The notes beneath the pieces were generated by a model, which was given only the letters and a program-made list of their open reading frames with translations, was not told the origin of the DNA and ran no database searches. This document shows positions 1-12,340 of a stretch of DNA of 61,530 nucleotides, in pieces (within the stretch, counting starts at the first letter, position 1; every line of letters starts with the position of its first letter). This DNA comes from Catajapyx aquilonaris (Eukaryota). The position numbers were made by a program, and so were the translations under genes. The DNA is taken from contig KZ538571.1 in NCBI GenBank assembly GCA_000934665.2, positions 1-61,530 on the forward strand. Reading direction: 5' to 3'.

Positions 1-998
1 AAAAATTTATTTGCGAAATTAGTTCCAACCAACGTAATTTTGGCGAAACAATAAAATTGCGAAAAAAATTGGCGTCGAAACCAACTGCAAAATTATCGCA
101 TAGTACAGTGCAATAAGCACATCTGGCACAGGACCAAACTTGTCAAGTAGGAAGGCCTTCACTATAAGTCATGCAAATGTAATAATTAATGTACTGTACA
201 AGTGCAAAAATCATGTAATGGCATGTAAGTGCTGGCCGCAGTGTTATGGGGGAGGTCAATAATCTCTGCAAGGATTGTTATGTAATGTCTGCTTGGCAAT
301 GATTCTGAAGTTAGATGACTCAAGATGATTTATGAAGGACTAATTGAAGCTGCATTTAATGATATGTTTACGACTGTAATTGAAAAAGGCTTCATGTGCC
401 ATGGGAGCCGGACTCAACCGACAGTTTATAATTTTTGTTAATTGACGGTGGAAATAACTGCACAATGAGGTATGTCTCCAAGCCTACCACAAGATAACTC
501 ATTCTTTTAATGTTCTACTTCAGTGAAGTTGTAGCATTCGTGGGCATGAAGGAACCAATTGACAAGTGCGAAACAGACATTTCTTGCCCTTTCTAGCACT
601 GTTACATTTTTCATGACCCGGGGGCAGTGACACCAATTTGGACAGAGTTGTTGATGACAGGGTCCTTTTTATGTGGAAGTGTTTGAATGTAGTAGCCGAC
701 TGGGACCTGTCTGGCCGGATCAGTTTTTTTTTCCCATTCCTTTTGCCATCTCCTTTCATTTACGTGTGTGATTTTTTTCTCTCAACCCGGGCCCCTATCA
801 ACAAGTCTTGAGCAGAAACATCCATCTTGGCAAGCCCCAACTGCCTTCTTTTGATGCGGAGTAATCGGGCATGTCGCGAATGAGGTCCTTGGCTCTCCGC
901 GCCCACCATGCCCTTAAGGGAAAAAATAGTGTGTCTCTCCTCCTTCCTCGCTCTTTAGATGAGGTCACATTGATTATTTGCTGTGTTTTTTATTGCAG

Positions 999-3930
999 AG
1001 GCTGCTGGCAACTTCGCCCATGGGATATGTGCCGTATTCACCCAACACATCTCAGGGAGGAGGAGGGCTTCTCACCACAGTGGATGGAAATTCCACAGTA
1101 CGTTTTGCTTCAGTTTACTGGAGTATGTTGTGCTAATGAGCCCGGTGTTTTCCAGATGCGGTCTGAGACGTCAAGCACTACTTGGGAAAGACAAGCTTCA
1201 AGGGATGGGATGGTTCCTTCTGCAACGCCGCCAACTCCTTCTTTTCCAGTGCATCCGCACACGCCATACGCAAACCAGGCTTCTCCTACACCTGCAGGAT
1301 TGCCGCCCCGGAGTCCACCTGCCGTTCGGTGAGTTTACATCGACGCCAGCCTAATTGCTAACCATTAACCATCTCGCTAACTCTAAAAATAGTCGCTCCT
1401 TTGCCGGAGTGCCCATGCAAAGCAAATCTATCAGGAAGTGGCCTTCCTCATCCTCCATATCCAGGTGAGCTCAAATTGGAGGACGTGCAGTTGAACTTGC
1501 ATGACAGGGATCATAATGCGCAAATATTTCAAGAGTTTGGGGTTGCACAGAACGAGTCACAACCATTCCGACACCAACGTCAGTTTAAATAAAAACAGTG
1601 GGCAAAGTGTCAGGCTCTGTGCCAACATTCGCATGTTAAGGCGCTGTAATAATATCTCATTGAGATAGGTCCAAATTAGAAGCCCGTGTCCTTTGCTCTG
1701 ACGGTGACATTCTGAGCGCTGTGACTCAGTTTGTAAATAATGTGACATGGAGAATCCGTCACGGTTCAGACGCTCGAGTTATGCAAGTTCAACTGTGGTT
1801 TGCTCTCATGCATGCAACGCACGTGACACATTGGGAATAACCCTTCACAATTGCTTCAATGAAAGGAGCCCCTTCGCTGGCAAGTAGGTGTGGGCAATAA
1901 CAGTTGCCATTCATAGCACGGGAGAGGAAACGGGATCCTCAGAGTCAAAACTCCCACTCCTAGGGTGGGAGTGTGAGGAAGGAAGAGCAGCTCCTAAAAA
2001 GAAAAGCACTTCCCTGCCAACACAAACAGCAGCAATGCCAAACCAGAACATTGAACCCCCCATCCTGCAGTTTCCGGGACTCGGATGACAACAAATTGTT
2101 CTTGTTTATTTCGCAGCAAGGAACGGTCGCCCTCGCCACACAATGTACGGATCGCATATGTGGACGCAACTCCTCAACCACACCACCACAACAGCTACAA
2201 TTATGCTTCGGACTCTGCTGCTTCTCCGTCACCTTCCCCCGCCCCATCTTACTACACGGGCCTATCCAGACGCTCCTCTTTCCATGAGATGGTGGAGGTC
2301 AGTCCAGCAAATGTCAAGTTTGCAAGGGACGTATCTCGTTACTGGTACAAGCCGCACATTTCCAGGGAGGAAGGTTAGACACTGCCCATTTAACAAAATG
2401 AAAACGGCCCATTTTGCATGTTACGAACCCATAATAATTTTCACAGCCATTGCGATGCTGAGGAACAAGCCCCCAGGAACATTTGTGGTTCGCGACTCCA
2501 ACTCGTTCCCAGGAGCGTATGGCCTAGCTCTGAAGGTGGCCACCCTTCCGCCAAACGTGTCAGGAAAGCACGGGGACCCAGGCGACGAGCTGGTTCGCCA
2601 CTTCCTCATTGAACCAACACCAAAGGGCGTCAGGCTCAAGGGATGCGCAAACGAGCCAGTCTTCAGTAAGTAATCTCCGCATCTTCTTATGATAAAACGG
2701 CTCCCTCCCCTGTAAAAAAAAGTGCACATATTAATTTTTATCGAGACGATGTGATGGACTTGCCAAACCGGGAAGAGTGGAGTGGAATTTATTATCTTGG
2801 GCACTTTTTTTTATATTGCAATCAGGGTGCAGAGTAATAGGAGGGGGCGGGGCTGAATTTCATTTTGCCTGAGCAGTAGCAGTTAAGTGATCAGGTTTGA
2901 CTGGTGGAATTTTAATGACATTGTTAGGTCGTACATCTGGTTGATGATATTGTTTGGCATTCGGCACTCACCGTATTTTTATAAAACGTGACTTTTTTCC
3001 AGCGTCACTATCAGCACTGGTGTACCAGCATTCGGTGACGGCTTTGGCCTTTCCCTGCAAGCTGCTGCTTCCGGGCGACGACCTTTCCAACGAAATTCTG
3101 GATATACGCACAACAACAGCACAACAGCTTTTGGCTCAAGGAGCTGGTCAGTTAATTACATACATTACAGCTGCATGTTGCAGGGGATGACATAATGACA
3201 TGATCCAATAAGTGTAAAATAGTACCATCCGTAGTGGCGTCATCACTTTAAGTTGTGGAACTGTGCGATGAATAAGAATTAGTTGGATGACTAGCATATG
3301 TAACATGCGGACCATTTTTGTTGAGGTTGAATTTGCATTGTAACTCGGTACATTGTTGTCCACAGCTTGCAATGTCCTGTTCCTCTTCACAATGGACACA
3401 GAGTCTCTCACAGGACCACAAGCAGTGAGAAAGGCCATTGGGGTTCTGTTCATATCTCGACCCCTCCCAATGGCCACCCCTGTCCACTTCAAGGTGTCTG
3501 GAGCAGGGATCACCCTCACGGACAATCAGCGCAGGCTTTTTTTCCGGTACATCTCTTTGCTTTTTGATGGGTGTGGAAGTGTAGTAAACATTCCCTTACT
3601 TTTTCCACAGGCGACACTATCCAGTGGCTGCCATATCTTTTTGCGGGTTGGATCCGGAAGACAGGCGATGGAGCCAGAGGTCGGAAGAAACAGGGATGCC
3701 AGTCAGCTCAAAGTATGTACTTGCGCTATTGCAAATGAGCTGTGTGATTACAACCTGTATTTTTTCACAGCCGAATATTTGGATTCGTGGCGCGCAAGCC
3801 AGCCTCCCTGTCGGACAACCAGTGCCACCTGTTTGCAGAGCTGGAGCCAGGCCAGCCCGCAGCAGCCATCGTCAACTTTGTGGCAAAGGTCATGATGTCC
3901 AGTGGGGCTAACAAGTCATCAGTTGTCTGA
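999..3930 (+). CDS. TNS: Tensin (blistery-like), 3' portion encoding the Pro/Ser-rich linker, SH2 and PTB domains; 5' exons lie upstream of the window
   Basis: Phase-consistent GT-AG exons: 999-1097, 1156-1328, optional 1393-1464, 2117-2373, 2447-2665, 3003-3146, 3366-3546, 3611-3712, 3771-3930 (TGA). Translation gives the tensin SH2 ([41 protein letters not shown]...LVRHFLIE...[10 protein letters not shown]) and PTB (ACNVLFL...[26 protein letters not shown]...[22 protein letters not shown]). Confidence 0.93.
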
Positions 3931-5907
3931 AAGCACTCACGGATGGGTGCGTTTGCCTTTATAACAAAAGAGGAGTAGTCTGGCGTTGCAATATTTGTTA
4001 TGAGCCCCCCCATGCAGATTGTAATTGTCGTTGGGGTTGAGGGTGAACAGGGTGCAGATCTTTTTAAATGTACAGTTTTCTTGCCTCCTGCATTCTGACT
4101 GACTTCACACACTTAACCAGTTTTTTTTTTTCTTCATCTCTTGCCTGGAAATAGTTCACCCCAGATTCCCAGCAATCACTCCGCAGCGTTTTTTCATAGC
4201 AGTATAACTACTGTACTAAGAGACTTTAAATATTGTACTTGGACGTAACAATCGCTGGTACTAATCTTAATTTTTTTTTGTTCTAACGGAGGCATTGCTC
4301 TGATTACGAGCTTCTGACTTTAAAAATGTATCGTGTTGAAGAGCTGTATATTTCTAGAAGCCTGCCAATGAAACGGTGCTAAATTAATAACTTTCAGTAT
4401 ATTTAGCAAGGTGAGCTGCATTTTTTCCTCTCTCTTATCTCGACAGGATATGTGCAGTCGTACTCTTGTTACATAAAGACAAATCATTGTATGTGGTAGT
4501 TGTTATCTGTTGGCTTGAACGTTGCTGACAAGAGTTGCTGCCTTCTCAGGATGCTGTACAGCTATCATTAGAGGACATCCCCTCCCAAGATGATCATCCT
4601 TTTCTATTGTAGGCCTATCTTTTTTGGACATTGCAATACATGTCTTCTGGCACTAGTCCTGGTTTGTTCTGCTTATTTTTTAAATCCGTGACTGTCTATT
4701 CCCATGTAAAAAGCTGAGGAACAGGTATAGAGTCGAATGAGAAGACTGCATCGTCTGGACATCAGCCGACAGCAGTCACCATGAAGACCGTGATCCAGCC
4801 GAGTTACAAGCGGTGGCGGGCACAGCTCACTGAAAGATCAGCTTTGCTAACAGCTAATCCGCTAACTGAAGACTTTGACTTCGCTAAATCGGCACCAAAA
4901 TGTCGTTCCTAGTTAAATGATATTATTGGGGGTTTAAAAGTCATGCGCAAATTGGCAAGAAAAACGGGAGCGTAGCCTAAAAAGTGCACATACCACTCCA
5001 CTGCCTAACCAAGGTGGCAACAGACGTCAGCAGGCCGTTGCCTCGTGGCATTCGATTCGGCTCCAGTTAAAAGACAGACAAAACTATGCAGCTGTGGAAC
5101 GTACGTGTTCTCCAACAAAAGTAATTGAAGTCACAGACAAGAATTTTAAAAAGGGAGCTTGTTACAATTTACTTCAAATGTACTGATTGTGTACTAGAAA
5201 GAATTTATTTCATTCAATCCCATTCATGTAACAATGACCAGGCACCAACTTAACACCACCTTCCAGATTAATAGTAAGTGCTTTTTATGTCAAAATACTG
5301 CGTGCACATCAAGTGCACATGAAAAGAATTTTTAAATCGTTCCCTTGTAAGTCCAGAGATAATTCAGTGCATAATTTTACGAGAAATTTTGCAGTTGAAG
5401 GGAAACTGACCCCAGATTCAAAACGTACCAGACCATGATTGGACTTTATTTAAATAATCTGCAAAGGTTCTGTGATGACCTGTCCTAATTGTCTGGTTTA
5501 AAAAAAAAAATCTACAGCAATTAAATACTTGAATGTTGAGACATTGAGTGTGAATAAACATATAATTAGGGGGGGAGAATTCCACTTTTATTATGATTAA
5601 CTTTGTTATTAAAGCGTTTTGAACGTCAGCGCGCGAAGGGGAAGTTGTTCGTCGAAGGCCACCACCTGTCGGCGTGATGTTGCACTGCGAGACTGGTGTC
5701 GCCATCTGTTCGCCTTGTGATCCAATCACGTGGTGGTGACTGTTCCACCGATAGACAGGAACAGGTCAAGTGTGGTCTCTGGCCAAGGGCGATAGTCCTT
5801 TCCTCCTCCTGAGAGCCATAGTCCTACCCGGGTGACAGTCCCAGGCAGGCCCACGCCCCAGAAGAAGAAGAAGAAGGGAGGAGACTGGAACGAGAGTAGC
5901 CCCGCAG

Positions 5908-8900
5908 ATGTCCGGATTCGACGAGAATCCCTTCGGGGAGCCGAACGTAGACAACCCTTTCGCGGTAAGCCACCAACAACGTTCCATTACATTATATAGA
6001 ACAGCAGAATCTCACAATAACTTCATTTTGGGCGGCAGGACCCGGCTGTGCAGCAGGTCACCCGCAACACCAACAATGTGCAGAGAGGACTGGAGGACTA
6101 CAACCCTTTCGCCGACCAGCCACAGGCCGTCGGACCGGTACGACTGGGGCATACCCACAAACATTCCGCTGCCAGGCTTCTCCCTAAAGAGATGGGAACA
6201 ATTATTAAGCTACAAGGAGTCATTGCGGCTCTTATCCATGATGGATGTCACATGACCTGGCTAATTACTCACACTGCCATTATATGTACACTCTTATTGT
6301 GGCATATTCTTATCTTAGACTGTACCCACGGAAGTTCACAGCCAAGCACGACACTTTTTCACTTTCAATTTGTTGCTTGACATGTGTCGATTGTACTTAT
6401 GTACACCGAGGCTCAAGTCCGGACAAAGTTCGTCAAGTCCGACTGCGACTGAAGGCCAGTCCAAGTCTATTGTACACTTTAGCATCAAGTGACTAACCCC
6501 TCGTATTGTGTATAGCACTAAAAAATATTCGTAATACGATTTTTCATTGTTTCAATGAAAAATTGTCTTCCTTTTCGCGTGATATAGTACCGTAGTTATA
6601 AACAGCTGATGTAGAACAAAGAAGCACAATGTAGCATCTACTGGGATGAATGGGATTCAGTGTTGCATAGTTTGGCGATGTCCAGTTTTATTGTGAAGCT
6701 GCAGACAAATATATGGTTCGATGTCGAAGCGAAGCCTGTGTTTGGTTTTAGTTGCTGCATTGGCAGAAAATCCTGATTCACACGAGTGGTGGCAAAAGGA
6801 ACAAGCTCAGAGTTTTAAATTCATGTTTTAAACTTATTAGCAAAAATTCTGAATGCCAACTTATTTTGGAATGCAATTTTCAAATATGGTGTCTAATGTA
6901 ATGCCTATGAGGCACTCATATGAAGTTGATGTCAGGCAGGCCGTAACCACAAATGCATATTTCTGCTATGTTTCCTCCTATGCTGTTGGAAAATACAGGA
7001 ATTGCTCAGACATCGTAGTTGCTCATGAATGTCACCCAAACGCCTTATGGTGCCTCCGAGTGAAGTTCTTCTTGTAGTGCTTTAGTAAGTGGAAAACATT
7101 CAAGGCTACCACCTTCAATGAATTCCGTCCATAACTGCAGTTGTGTCGTTTGCATCAAAAACTGTAAGAACCTTCTCTTGCAGACATATTCATTTCATTT
7201 ATCTTGACCAAAATATCTGCTAGTTACACGAGTTCGCAGAGACACTATTAATCAGTCAATAAGTTTGCCAAATGTAGGTTGTGATCCATTCAACGGCATG
7301 TGGACTATTCTCTGAAAAAGTGCCCTGTCGTTCTTAATGCTTCTACGGAGCCCAGTTTGGGAACAGGGGACCATACCAATCGTGGTGGATAAATTAAATC
7401 GGGGTAGTTTGTTCTCCCGTGGATTGCATGTCTATGGACAGAGCCAATCAATATCTTGGAGGGAAGAGATCATTAAATGTTTACTTTTGATTTGTTCTGT
7501 GCATCTATATTGTCAAGGTCGTCCTTTGATTGAAAGTTGATTTTGATGCTGGCTTTGGAAGGCGGATGACTTTGTGTGTCGACAGTGTCAATTTGCATAA
7601 AACATTAATTTGAGAAGCAGGAAAACTAGTTCAAACATGTCCTTGAGCGTTATCACTGATTCGATCCCTTCATTTCCCCAGCAGGTCAGAGGAGCGGCGA
7701 ATCCTCCGCAGTACCAAGTCCCAGGCGGCGTCCAGCAGCCAGCAGTGATGCAGCCCACGTCCACCACAATGGACCACCACCCCTCCGCAATCCCACCCCC
7801 AGGCACCACCCAGGCCCCTCCCCCGTACACACAGTCCGCCCAGCAAACAGTCAACACTGCCGAGCTGCAACGCAGGCAGGAGGAGCTGGAGAGGAAAGCA
7901 CAGGAGCTGGCTCGCAGGGAAGAGGAGCTCAGGCAGGCCCCATACAACGGTAAATACCTGCCATCGTATGCCCACGTATCGTTACTGACGGATCCGCCTC
8001 TTACAGTGCGGACGAACAACTGGCCTCCCTTACCGGCCAAGTTCTGCATGCAGCCTTGCTTTTACCAGGACATAGGGGTGGAGATACCGCTTGAGTTCCA
8101 GAAGGTGGTTCGGCTTCTGTACTACCTCTGGATGTTCCACACGTTCGTCCTGTTCCTCAACTTCCTGGGCTGCCTGGCCCTGCTGGTCCAGGAGGGGAAG
8201 GGAACCACATTCGGACTGTCCATCATCTACCTGATCCTCTTCACGCCTTTCTCCTACGTCTGCTGGTTCCGGCCTGCCTACAAGGCTTTCCGGAGCGACT
8301 CCTCCTTCAACTTCATGGTCTTTTTCTTCGTCTTCTTCTTCCAGCTGGTCATCTCCGTCGTCAACGCCATCGGGATACCAGACATGGGCTCATGGTGAGT
8401 TGGACACTGCCAACTAAAGCTAATTTATGAGATACATTGCATGTTTAAAATCGTAAAGCACCACATTACATGCCCTGTTGTAGTACAATTTTCAGCCATT
8501 TTGCAATGTGCCCAATATTGGTTGTACTTCTTGTCGTCTAGAATAGTACAGAGTCCATTATTCCTGCGTACCATTCATAGTCAGCTCAGACAATAATTGC
8601 GCAAAAAATTGCTTGACGTTTGTTACCTCTGTAACGAAGCTGTAGCGAACAATATGACACCTCAAAGCGAGATGCTAATGGCCAGTTCACGTTAGATCTT
8701 GCCTGAATCGCCAACATAGATCGGTGGAAGACGATTCGCTAACGTTGTGTCCGACTAATGAGTTTTGGTCCACAGCGGCTTCATCGTTGGGATAACGACC
8801 TTCAATTCGGAAGCAAGAGTGTCCACTTACGTGGTTGGGGGGATGGTCCTCGTAATTGCCTTTGGTTTTGCAGTGGAGGCCCTGCTCACGTTCCTCATGC

Positions 8901-9876
8901 TGGTCAAGGTAAACAGACGGGAGATTACCAACAAAAGGGTTGGGCAACCTGACATCCGCAACGGTCACTTGCGGTTGTCAGTTTCAGCCTGCCTTTCCCA
9001 CTCACATTTTTTGCTTTGGCCAGTCTTCAGTTGGACCCTCCTCTACTTACCTGCAAAAAAAAATATTTCGCACGGTTGGGTTTCATTTTTTAACTTATTT
9101 GTCCCCCTCTCTCGCCAAACCCACCACCCCCCAATCCTTTCCATCCCCTTTCCATCTTTTAAAAAAAAACAGTGGCTGGGTGGTTGTTGGGACGGAGTTT
9201 TCACATGGGCACACAGCCCTCGGCATCTTTCTCCTGTTGGTCGCCCTCGCGGAGACCTCCGAGATTGCTGCCGTGGCCCTCGCTTTGATATGGGTACGTA
9301 AGACGCAACAACCCTTTGTTTTGTCTCTTTGTCTGTCGGGTCACTATTGCGCTTCCTGTCTCTTCTCTGTCCCAATCCTTCACTCTTTTACACATTGCTG
9401 CCGTCTTACTAGGGCAGGATGGTGTTTCATGTGTAAATTTTACATATTGTACCAAGCCGTTGGATTCTGCTGAAATCGTCAGCCTCAGAAACGACCCTTT
9501 GTGCTATCTGCCTTTCAACCAAATGAAGTGATTCTAGCATAATCCATCGATACGGCAGCGTTTGGCTACGAAAACATTCCTGCCCTGGTTGTACAAGTCG
9601 CTTTCGGGCGTGCATGGAAGACTAATTGGCACAACTCCCTCCTTCCGCTTCGTCCTGCTGCTTCTGCTTGGTTCGCTTCCGACTTGCTCAGCCTAATCTG
9701 CTTCCCTGTTTTACACCAAGGTGCATCGCATCTACCGCAGCACAGGGGCCAGTTTTGCCAAGGCCCAGCAGGAGTTCACGTCCGGAGTCCTGCGCAACGA
9801 GCACGTCCAAAGCGCCACGGCTGACATTGCAGCCGGAGCCATCCGGCAACAAATGTCCAACTCCCCCCGGTACTAA
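5908..9876 (+). CDS. SCAMP: Secretory carrier-associated membrane protein (SCAMP)
   Basis: Exons 5908-5964, 6039-6137, 7685-7949, 8007-8394, 8776-8908 (or 9173-9293), 9721-9876 (TAA). N-terminal NPF repeats (DENPF, DNPF, YNPF), coiled coil [28 protein letters not shown]-peptide [18 protein letters not shown], four TM segments and C-terminal [15 protein letters not shown]. Confidence 0.95.
9173..9293 (+). CDS. SCAMP: Alternative (mutually exclusive) SCAMP exon 5b
   Basis: CAG acceptor ending at 9172, GTACGT donor at 9294; same phase (2 to 0) as exon 8776-8908. Encodes (C)[40 protein letters not shown], which parallels (C)GFIVGITTF...[25 protein letters not shown]. Confidence 0.75.
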
Positions 9877-10675
9877 CCGCTTAAAACCAAACGCTCATTT
9901 TGCATCAAGTCAACACTTTACAAAGAGCGTGCATGGATAAAATGGGAAAGGGGGGTTTAAATGAGAGGGGAAAAATATGTGGGGAGCCCGTAATTTATTA
10001 CTCGTCATTAATTCCATGCAGAGCCTGTGCAAGAGAGAGAAAATGAAAAAAAAAACTCATCTTTTTCCCCCTTGTTGTTTGTTTATCTGGCTACTTGTAG
10101 GCTAGTGTTTCTTGTTAACCTGATTTATGGACTTTGAAAAAAATCAATATCATGTACTGTACTTTATAAACAATGTGGAAGTGACTTAATATTGATCTAC
10201 TGTAGGTTTCAGGGATGAAAGTTTGTCAGGAACAGAGTCGACTCATTGCACCTGTTATAGGAAGTCAAACTGTAATCGACTCGAAGCAAAGCCGCTTTTG
10301 AATAAACCGTTAATTATGAACATTCCATATTATCCAGAAAAATTACTTCACCTTCCTACGATGGTTGCAAGTGGTTCGATCCTTGGTCCCATTTTTTTGG
10401 AAGGCTAGCAAATCTGTAATCGTCGCCTGCTGTGCACGTGATAAGGTTTCGCATTGTATTTTTCTTAAAAACCACCTCCGCTTTTCATTTCCCAAGACGC
10501 TGAGGATGTGCAAGGGAAGTCGTCATGGGAAAGGAAAACCCACCAGCAAATCCCTACCCCAACCCCCCCTTGAAAGGAAATTGCAAATGAATCCGGTGTC
10601 ATCTGGCATTGATTTTATTTAACTCACCAGAACAAATCTCGCATTTTATTGTTTATCATTACCTCCGACTTCTCT

Positions 10676-12284
10676 CTACTTTGCGTCTTTGCTCTGTGTC
10701 GACGACTTGGATTCCCTCAGGGAGGCAGTGCGACGCCTTCGCCGGAGAGCCAGGATCTTGTCCTTCTTCTCCTTCTGCCGTTGGGCCAACAGCTTTGCAT
10801 AGTCGGCTGCATCCTCCTTGCGCTTCAGTGCACGCTTGTGCTTCACCGTGCGCAGATGACGCTTGCGCTGGAACAAGACAGTAGCAATTTAGCCGCAAGT
10901 CAATTGAGAACAGACAAATGTCAACGGCTGGACCAACTCGCTGCCTACAAGAGCAGCAACGATAGCGATCCTGCAGTTATTAATCTCCACAGCATAAACG
11001 CCAACCAGGCCATGCAAGCACCTGGTTGGAGCTGGACTGTGGCACGTAGCAATGCGCAAGAAACATCAGTTACCTGCAGAACCCTGGGCGTGATGAGTCG
11101 CTGGATCTTGGGCGACTTGTACCTCTGCTTCTTTCCCTCCTTCTTGGGCAGGGGACGCTTCATGACAAAGAGACGCACGTCATCCTCCTTGGTCAGGTTG
11201 AACAGGCGCCGGATCTTGGAAGCTCGCTTGGGCCCCAGGCGTCGCGGGATGGTGGTGTCCGTCAGCCCAGGGATGTCCGTCTCCCCCTTCCGCACAATAA
11301 TCAGCGACAGCACGCTCAGGTTACTGTCGACGATGCATCCGCGCACAGACTTCCTCTTGCGCTCCCCATCCCGACGGGGCCTGTAGCAAGAATGCCCCTT
11401 GGACATCAACAACCGGACACGACCTGCCAAGAAAAAAAACCCAGAATCTCATCAAATCGCATGCCCACTAATTACGCATCCACCCTCCATTAATTAAGCA
11501 GCAATGTCATCAATCCCCGGCACCTCATCCCACCAGGATTCGACCGCCGACAACCGACATTTTAATCTCCACAACGTAAACGCCAACCGGGCAACAACAT
11601 ACACCCACTTGGAGCTGGGTTGTGGCCTACTATCAACCACCACTAAACAATCATCCGGCTAATTACTAACTTATCAACCGTTAAGTAGCTAAAATTTCAC
11701 ATACTGTTATTTTAACACATTTAATTTATCTACAAGTTTAAGCTATTATTTGTCGCTATTGAACGCATCGTTTAGCTGTTATTCAGCCGTCATGCAGCTA
11801 CATGAGTCACTGACTGTTAATATGAATGATTAGTTGTTAATGAAAAGGAGGCTGACCGCTTGTGAGGACCCCTTGCTTCATGGGGAAGCCTTGCTTGTCG
11901 TTCCCTCCGGTGAGGCGAAGGAGGTAGCCCTTCCACTCGTCCCCCAGCGGGTCGGCCTCCAGCTCGGCCCCGATCCTCTTCTCGTAGAACATCCGCAGCT
12001 TGTGGTCATCGTTGATCTCGAACAGCTTCTGGCAGCCCGTCGCCGGGAAGGCCACGTTCAACTATATGCAGTGGGAGGGGAAAGGGAAGAAGACCATGAG
12101 TGAGGGGGGGCATGCGGGCCATCGGAATCTGGGTCCATCCGGGGGGAGGGTCTGGCCCAGGGGTGCACCCGTGTGGATGGGGTTGTGCAGGGTGGAACGG
12201 AGCATGGTTCGAGGAGGGGTAAGTCCGTGATTGGAATCGTGGGAAGAGCAAGAGGGGAAATGGAAAAGGGACTCTCACCTTCAT
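10676..12284 (-). CDS. RPS6: 40S ribosomal protein S6 (eS6)
   Basis: Exons (minus) 12284-12279 (ATGAAG), 12061-11857, 11423-11074, 10867-10676 (TAG). Translation [18 protein letters not shown]...[16 protein letters not shown]...[18 protein letters not shown]...[18 protein letters not shown]...[15 protein letters not shown], including the S6K phosphorylation tail. Confidence 0.98.
10916..11043 (-). ncRNA. Box H/ACA snoRNA copy A in RPS6 intron 3 (snR37/SNORA10-like 5' guide)
   Basis: Minus strand reads hairpin 1 (CCACAG/CUGUGG lower stem, CCAACCAGG/CCUGGUUGG upper stem), H box AGAUUA, hairpin 2, then ACAUUU. Pocket strands UCCAGCU and CGUUU; the 3' pocket strand starts 14 nt before the H box. 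Confidence 0.85.
11502..11626 (-). ncRNA. Box H/ACA snoRNA copy B in RPS6 intron 2 (snR37/SNORA10-like 5' guide)
   Basis: Same architecture: hairpin 1 (CCACAAC/GUUGUGG), pocket ACCCAGCU / CGUUU, H box AGAUUA, a different hairpin 2, then ACAUUG. The 5' half is homologous to copy A with a compensatory G-C to A-U stem change. Confidence 0.85.
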
Positions 12285-12299
12285 GTCGGTGGTCTCGCT

Positions 12300-12340
12300 G
12301 CAGTCACCGACACATCAGAAGCGGAAATGAAGCCGGCTGC
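12300..12340 (-). promoter_or_regulatory. Probable RPS6 transcription start region with a pyrimidine-rich (TOP/TCT-like) tract
   Basis: Minus strand CTTCATTTCCGCTTCT lies about 35-50 nt upstream of the ATG. Ribosomal protein genes typically initiate in such tracts, but this one is interrupted by purines. Confidence 0.35.

Noticed and set aside
1..110. GCGAAA-rich segment resembling a MITE right end
   Set aside because: It is truncated by the window edge, so its boundaries cannot be verified.
10649..11386. 245-aa + strand ORF
   Set aside because: It is the antisense shadow of RPS6 exons 3-4 and has no recognisable protein features.
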